Source: an uncultured Nitrospiraceae bacterium (GTDB lineage: Bacteria > Nitrospirota > Thermodesulfovibrionia > Thermodesulfovibrionales > Dissulfurispiraceae). From it: a DNA stretch of 64,000 nt. The notes beneath the pieces were generated by a model. The model ran no database searches and was not told the origin of the DNA. It worked only from the letters and a program-made list of their open reading frames with translations. Positions 60,116-64,000 of the stretch are shown here, piece by piece (the stretch's first letter is position 1; each line of letters begins with the position of its first letter). The translations under genes were made by a program, and so were the position numbers. The stretch is from the NCBI GenBank assembly GCA_963705105.1, contig CAVPIW010000005.1, forward strand, positions 224,001 to 288,000. Direction: 5' to 3'.

Positions 60116-61681
60116 ATGGAGAGTACAGTCATTCTTATTCTGATTGTCCTCGTCGCCATCTGTGTTGCAGCTTTCGCCTACCTGATCATGCAGAGAAATC
60201 TCTTGAAGACCCAGCGGGAGACCCTCGAGCGCGAGCGGGTCCAGCTCATTGAAGAGGCGAAAAGAGAAGCCGAAGCGACACGGAAAGAAGCTGCGTTGGC
60301 TGCGAAGGACCTTGCATACCAGACGAAGGCCGAAGCGGAGCGGGAGATCAGGGAAAAAACGAGGGAGCTGAATCAGCTCGACCGCAGAATTCGGCAGAAG
60401 GAGGAGCAGCTGGAAAAGCGCTTCGACCAGATGGAGCGGAAGGAACAGGAATTTCACCGGAGGGACAAGGAATACCACAGCCGGGAAAAAGGGCTCGTGG
60501 ACAAGGAAGATTATTACAAGCAGCTCATCGACAGGCAGACGCAGGTGCTCGAAGAACTGTCGGGCATCAGGAAAGAGGATGCGCGGCAGGAACTGTTCCG
60601 GAGGATCGAGGAAGAATCGAAATTCGAGGCCATCAGGCTCGCCAAGCAGATCGAGGACGAGGCCCGTGAAAATGCTGAAAAGAAGGCCAAGGAGGTCATC
60701 AGCAGCGCCATACAGCGGTATGCGAGCGATTATGTGGCGGACGCAACCGTCTCCGCCGTGAGCCTTCCCAACGACGAAATGAAAGGCCGGATCATCGGCA
60801 GGGAGGGTCGGAACATCCGGGCCTTCGAGGCCGCCACGGGCGTTGACCTGATCGTCGACGACACGCCGGAACTCGTCACCCTTTCGGCACACGACCCGGT
60901 CAGGAGGGAAGTGGCTCGCATATCTTTGGAGCGGCTCATCTCCGACGGCAGGATCCACCCGACGAGAATCGAGGAGGTCGTCGACAAGACAAAGAAGGAA
61001 GTGGACCTCACGATCCGAGAAGAGGGGGAGAAAGCGGTCTTCGACCTCGGGCTCACGGGGATCAATTCGGAGCTTACGAAGACGATCGGCCGGCTCAAGT
61101 ACCGGTCTTCATACGGTCAGAACGTGCTCCAGCATTCCAAGGAGGTGGCCTACCTCGCCGGCATGATGGCAGGCGAGATGGGGGTGGACATCAAGCTCGC
61201 AAAGCGTGCGGGCCTTCTGCATGACATCGGCAAGGCCGTCGATCACGAAATCGAGGGGTCCCACCAGGAGATCGGGGCGATGCTCGGCAAGAGATACGGA
61301 GAAAATGAAAAGGTGCTCAACGCGATCCTGGCCCACCACGGCGAGGTCGACCCGGTCTGTGTCGAGTCAGCCCTCGTGGCTGCGGCGGACGCCCTGTCAG
61401 CGGCGAGGCCCGGCGTCCGGCGGGAGAGCATCGAGAACTACCTGAAGAGACTTGAAAAGCTCGAAGACCTTGCCATGTCCTTCAGCGGCGTCGACAAATG
61501 TTACGCTATCCAGGCGGGCCGTGAGATCAGGCTCATCGTGAAGCCCGAGGAAGTGACCGATGACATGTGCGCCATGGTGTCACGGGATCTGGCGCGGAAA
61601 ATCGAGACCGACATGACCTATCCGGGACAGATCAAGGTGACGGTCATCCGTGAATCGCGGTATATCGACTATGCCAAGTAG
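60116..61681 (+). CDS. rny: Ribonuclease Y
   Basis: N-terminal TM, coiled coil, KH ([13 protein letters not shown]), HD (LLHDIGK), SAARPG.R. Confidence 0.98.
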   Translation: MESTVILILIVLVAICVAAFAYLIMQRNLLKTQRETLERERVQLIEEAKREAEATRKEAALAAKDLAYQTKAEAEREIREKTRELNQLDRRIRQKEEQLEKRFDQMERKEQEFHRRDKEYHSREKGLVDKEDYYKQLIDRQTQVLEELSGIRKEDARQELFRRIEEESKFEAIRLAKQIEDEARENAEKKAKEVISSAIQRYASDYVADATVSAVSLPNDEMKGRIIGREGRNIRAFEAATGVDLIVDDTPELVTLSAHDPVRREVARISLERLISDGRIHPTRIEEVVDKTKKEVDLTIREEGEKAVFDLGLTGINSELTKTIGRLKYRSSYGQNVLQHSKEVAYLAGMMAGEMGVDIKLAKRAGLLHDIGKAVDHEIEGSHQEIGAMLGKRYGENEKVLNAILAHHGEVDPVCVESALVAAADALSAARPGVRRESIENYLKRLEKLEDLAMSFSGVDKCYAIQAGREIRLIVKPEEVTDDMCAMVSRDLARKIETDMTYPGQIKVTVIRESRYIDYAK

Positions 61682-61698
61682 ACCCGGTCGCTGAGCCG

Positions 61699-62481
61699 AT
61701 GAGGGTCCTTTTTCTCGGCGACATCGTCGGCAAGTCCGGGCGCGACACCGTCCGGGCCCTGCTGCCGAACCTCGTGACCCGGTACAAGACCGACCTGGTC
61801 GTCGCGAACGGGGAGAACGCCGCCGGCGGATTCGGCATTACCGAGAAGACCGCCACAGAGTTGTTCTCCCTGGGCATCCAGATCATTACGACGGGCAATC
61901 ATGTGTGGGACAAGAAGGAGGCGATCCCTTACATCGCCAAGGAAGCACGGCTGCTCAGGCCGATCAATTATCCCACCGACACGCCCGGGTCAGGCAGCAT
62001 CGTCCTCACCGTTGCCGGCGGTGTCGGTGTCGCCATCGTCAACATCTCGGGCAGGGTCTTCATGAACACCCTCGAGTGCCCCTTCCGGGCGGCAAAGAGG
62101 GAGCTGGACCGGATCAGGGACGCGGCGCCGGTGATCATCATCGACTTCCATGCCGAGGCGACGTCCGAGAAGATCGCCTTTGCCCATTACCTGGACGGAC
62201 AAGCGAGCGCCATCATCGGCACCCACACCCATGTCCAGACGGCCGATGAGAGGATACTGCCCGGAGGGACGGCCTATATCACGGACGTCGGTATGACAGG
62301 CCCGTACCACTCCGTCATCGGCATCGAGGTCGGTCAGATCATCGAACGGTTCCTGACCCTCATGCCCCGCAAGTACGACGTTGCCGGGGGCAAGGGCATT
62401 CTTTCCGCCGTCGTCGTCGAGATCGACGACAAAAGCGGAAAAGCCAGGGCCATCCAGCGATTGCAGGTAACCCACCCTTAG
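61699..62481 (+). CDS. YmdB-like metallophosphoesterase (TIGR00282)
   Basis: GDIVG..GR, NGENAAGG, TGNH.WD, DFHAEATSEK, GTHTHVQT, TDVGMTGP. Confidence 0.95.
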   Translation: MRVLFLGDIVGKSGRDTVRALLPNLVTRYKTDLVVANGENAAGGFGITEKTATELFSLGIQIITTGNHVWDKKEAIPYIAKEARLLRPINYPTDTPGSGSIVLTVAGGVGVAIVNISGRVFMNTLECPFRAAKRELDRIRDAAPVIIIDFHAEATSEKIAFAHYLDGQASAIIGTHTHVQTADERILPGGTAYITDVGMTGPYHSVIGIEVGQIIERFLTLMPRKYDVAGGKGILSAVVVEIDDKSGKARAIQRLQVTHP

Positions 62482-62505
62482 CCCGGAAACCATCAGGAGG
62501 CTATC

Positions 62506-62925
62506 ATGCTGCAGGCAAAACTACACTGGATCAATGGACTCCAGTATGTCGGTGAGTCGGGGTCAGGACACGCCATCGTCCTCGACGCCGATGAGGAAGT
62601 GGGAGGCAGGAACACGGGCATGCGGCCCGCCGAGCTGCTTCTCGTCGGCATCGGGAGCTGTTCGGGCATGGATATAGCGTCGATCCTCCAGAAAAAGAGG
62701 CAGGATGTGACGGACATCGAGATCAACGTGAAAGGCCAGAAGGCCGAGACCCACCCCAAGAAGTTCACCGATATCGAGGTCGAATTTGTCGTCACAGGGA
62801 GGAATCTCTCAGAAGAGGCCGTCCGGAAGGCCGTCGAGGCGTCGATGGAGAAATACTGCTCCGTCAAGGCGACCCTCGAAGGGACGGCAAAGATCAGCTA
62901 CAGCTCCCGGGTGATCAACGTCTGA
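62506..62925 (+). CDS. OsmC family protein
   Basis: G.RP.ELLL.G...C..MD and S.EKYCSV. Confidence 0.9.
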   Translation: MLQAKLHWINGLQYVGESGSGHAIVLDADEEVGGRNTGMRPAELLLVGIGSCSGMDIASILQKKRQDVTDIEINVKGQKAETHPKKFTDIEVEFVVTGRNLSEEAVRKAVEASMEKYCSVKATLEGTAKISYSSRVINV

Positions 62926-63979
62926 GAGGCATTGCGCCTCCGTAGCGGTAATAGGCGGCGCAGCTCCCCTCGGTGCTCACCATGCAGGCGCCGACGGGTT
63001 TTTCGGGCCTGCAGGACTTCCCGAAGAGCGGGCATTCCGGCGGTATTTTGATCCCTCTCAGCACGAGGCCGCAGAGACAGCCCTTCGGTTCCCGGGCGGC
63101 GGCGACGTCGACGGGAATGACATGAACCGCCTCGCGGGACAGCCAGCGCTCCCTGAGCCGCAGGCCGCTTCCCGGTATCACGCCGATCCCCCTCCACGTG
63201 CTGTCTGTCCTTTCGAAATACTTATCCATAAATGCCAGAGCCTTCCTGTTCCCCTCCCTCGTCACGGCGATCCGGTATTGGATTTCAATGTCCGCCTTCC
63301 CGTCGGCGATCTGCCCGAGTGCGAGGGCGATGCCCGAGAGGATATCCTCCGCTGAAAACCCCGTGACGACGCCGGGCCGTCCGAATCTCTCAGCGATGAA
63401 CTCATAGGGCTCCGTGCCGATGATGGTGCTCACGTGACCCGGCAGGAGGAAACCGTCGATCCGGACGTCCCCGCTCTGGAGGAGCGCCTCAAGGGCGGGG
63501 GGCACGAGTTTGTGCACAGACAGGAGCAGGAAGTTCTCCACACCCCGGCGCTCCGCCTCGTCGACAGTGGCAGCGACGGAAGGGACCGTCGTCTCGAATC
63601 CGGCGGAAAAGAAGACGACCTTTCGTCCTGGTTCCTTCGCTGCCATATCAAGACAATCAAGAGGAGAATAAACGATCCGCACATCGGCGCCTTCCGCCTT
63701 GGCCTCCGACAGAGATACCTTCGACCCCGGCACGCGCATCATATCGCCGAAGGTGGCAAGGATGACCCCCTCCGACCGGGCGATGGCAACGGCCCGGTCC
63801 ACATCGGCGATGGAGGTGACGCAGACGGGGCAGCCCGGACCGCTGAGCAGCCTCAAACCCCCGGGCAAAAGGCTCCTGATGCCGAACCTGAAGATGGCGA
63901 CGGTATGGGTGCCGCACACCTCCATGAGGTTGACGGGTCTGCCGATGCGCTTGAACAGTTTATTGATGAGGTCGATCAT
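62915..63979 (-). CDS. hypD: Hydrogenase maturation protein HypD
   Basis: MEVCGTH, GPGCPVC, GFETT, PGHV, C-terminal Cys cluster GACMVS.EG.C. Confidence 0.97.
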   Translation of the reverse strand: MIDLINKLFKRIGRPVNLMEVCGTHTVAIFRFGIRSLLPGGLRLLSGPGCPVCVTSIADVDRAVAIARSEGVILATFGDMMRVPGSKVSLSEAKAEGADVRIVYSPLDCLDMAAKEPGRKVVFFSAGFETTVPSVAATVDEAERRGVENFLLLSVHKLVPPALEALLQSGDVRIDGFLLPGHVSTIIGTEPYEFIAERFGRPGVVTGFSAEDILSGIALALGQIADGKADIEIQYRIAVTREGNRKALAFMDKYFERTDSTWRGIGVIPGSGLRLRERWLSREAVHVIPVDVAAAREPKGCLCGLVLRGIKIPPECPLFGKSCRPEKPVGACMVSTEGSCAAYYRYGGAMPLRR

Positions 63980-64000
63980 GGGGCGGGCGTGATCCTGCAG

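Noticed and set aside
63976..64000. 3' end of hypC overlapping the hypD start (ATGA)
   Set aside because: Likely by synteny, but only about 8 codons are visible.

Overview
GC-rich bacterial chromosome segment; the gene content suggests an anaerobic Nitrospirota/Thermodesulfovibrionia-like organism, but that is inference only. (1) 1-3.8 kb: a complete integron with a long 435-aa IntI, an attI, and at least 7 minus-strand cassettes. Three cassettes are gene-less, and each contains a perfect 21-23 bp reverse complement of its own excision junction. Four of seven crossover cores are non-GTT (GAT x2, GTA, GTC). This is the best candidate for an undescribed system in the window. (2) 4-20.6 kb: housekeeping genes (aroD, three M16 peptidases, recN, pnp, rpsO, HPP/cupin, gltX, Trm112, asnS, icd) separated by nested palindromic repeat families. 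(3) 20.6-33 kb: an AT-richer accessory island with IS21, IS4-like and IS1634 elements (all with inverted repeats and target duplications), an ATPase pair, an EVE-like/HNH nuclease beside a decayed solo attC, a PEP-CTERM protein, a Fic protein and antitoxin remnants. (4) 33-41 kb: glnS, tRNA-Leu(CAG), purB, M28 peptidase, MFS transporter, thermonuclease, and an HUH (RAYT-like) transposase bracketed by perfect 22-bp inverted repeats. (5) 41-57 kb: dcw cluster from mraZ to murB, with an internal D,D-carboxypeptidase, ending at the RAYT. (6) 57-64 kb: bioF, RlmI-like methyltransferase, 6S RNA, rny, YmdB-like, OsmC, hypD. All calls come from reading motifs by eye; no database search or folding program was run.
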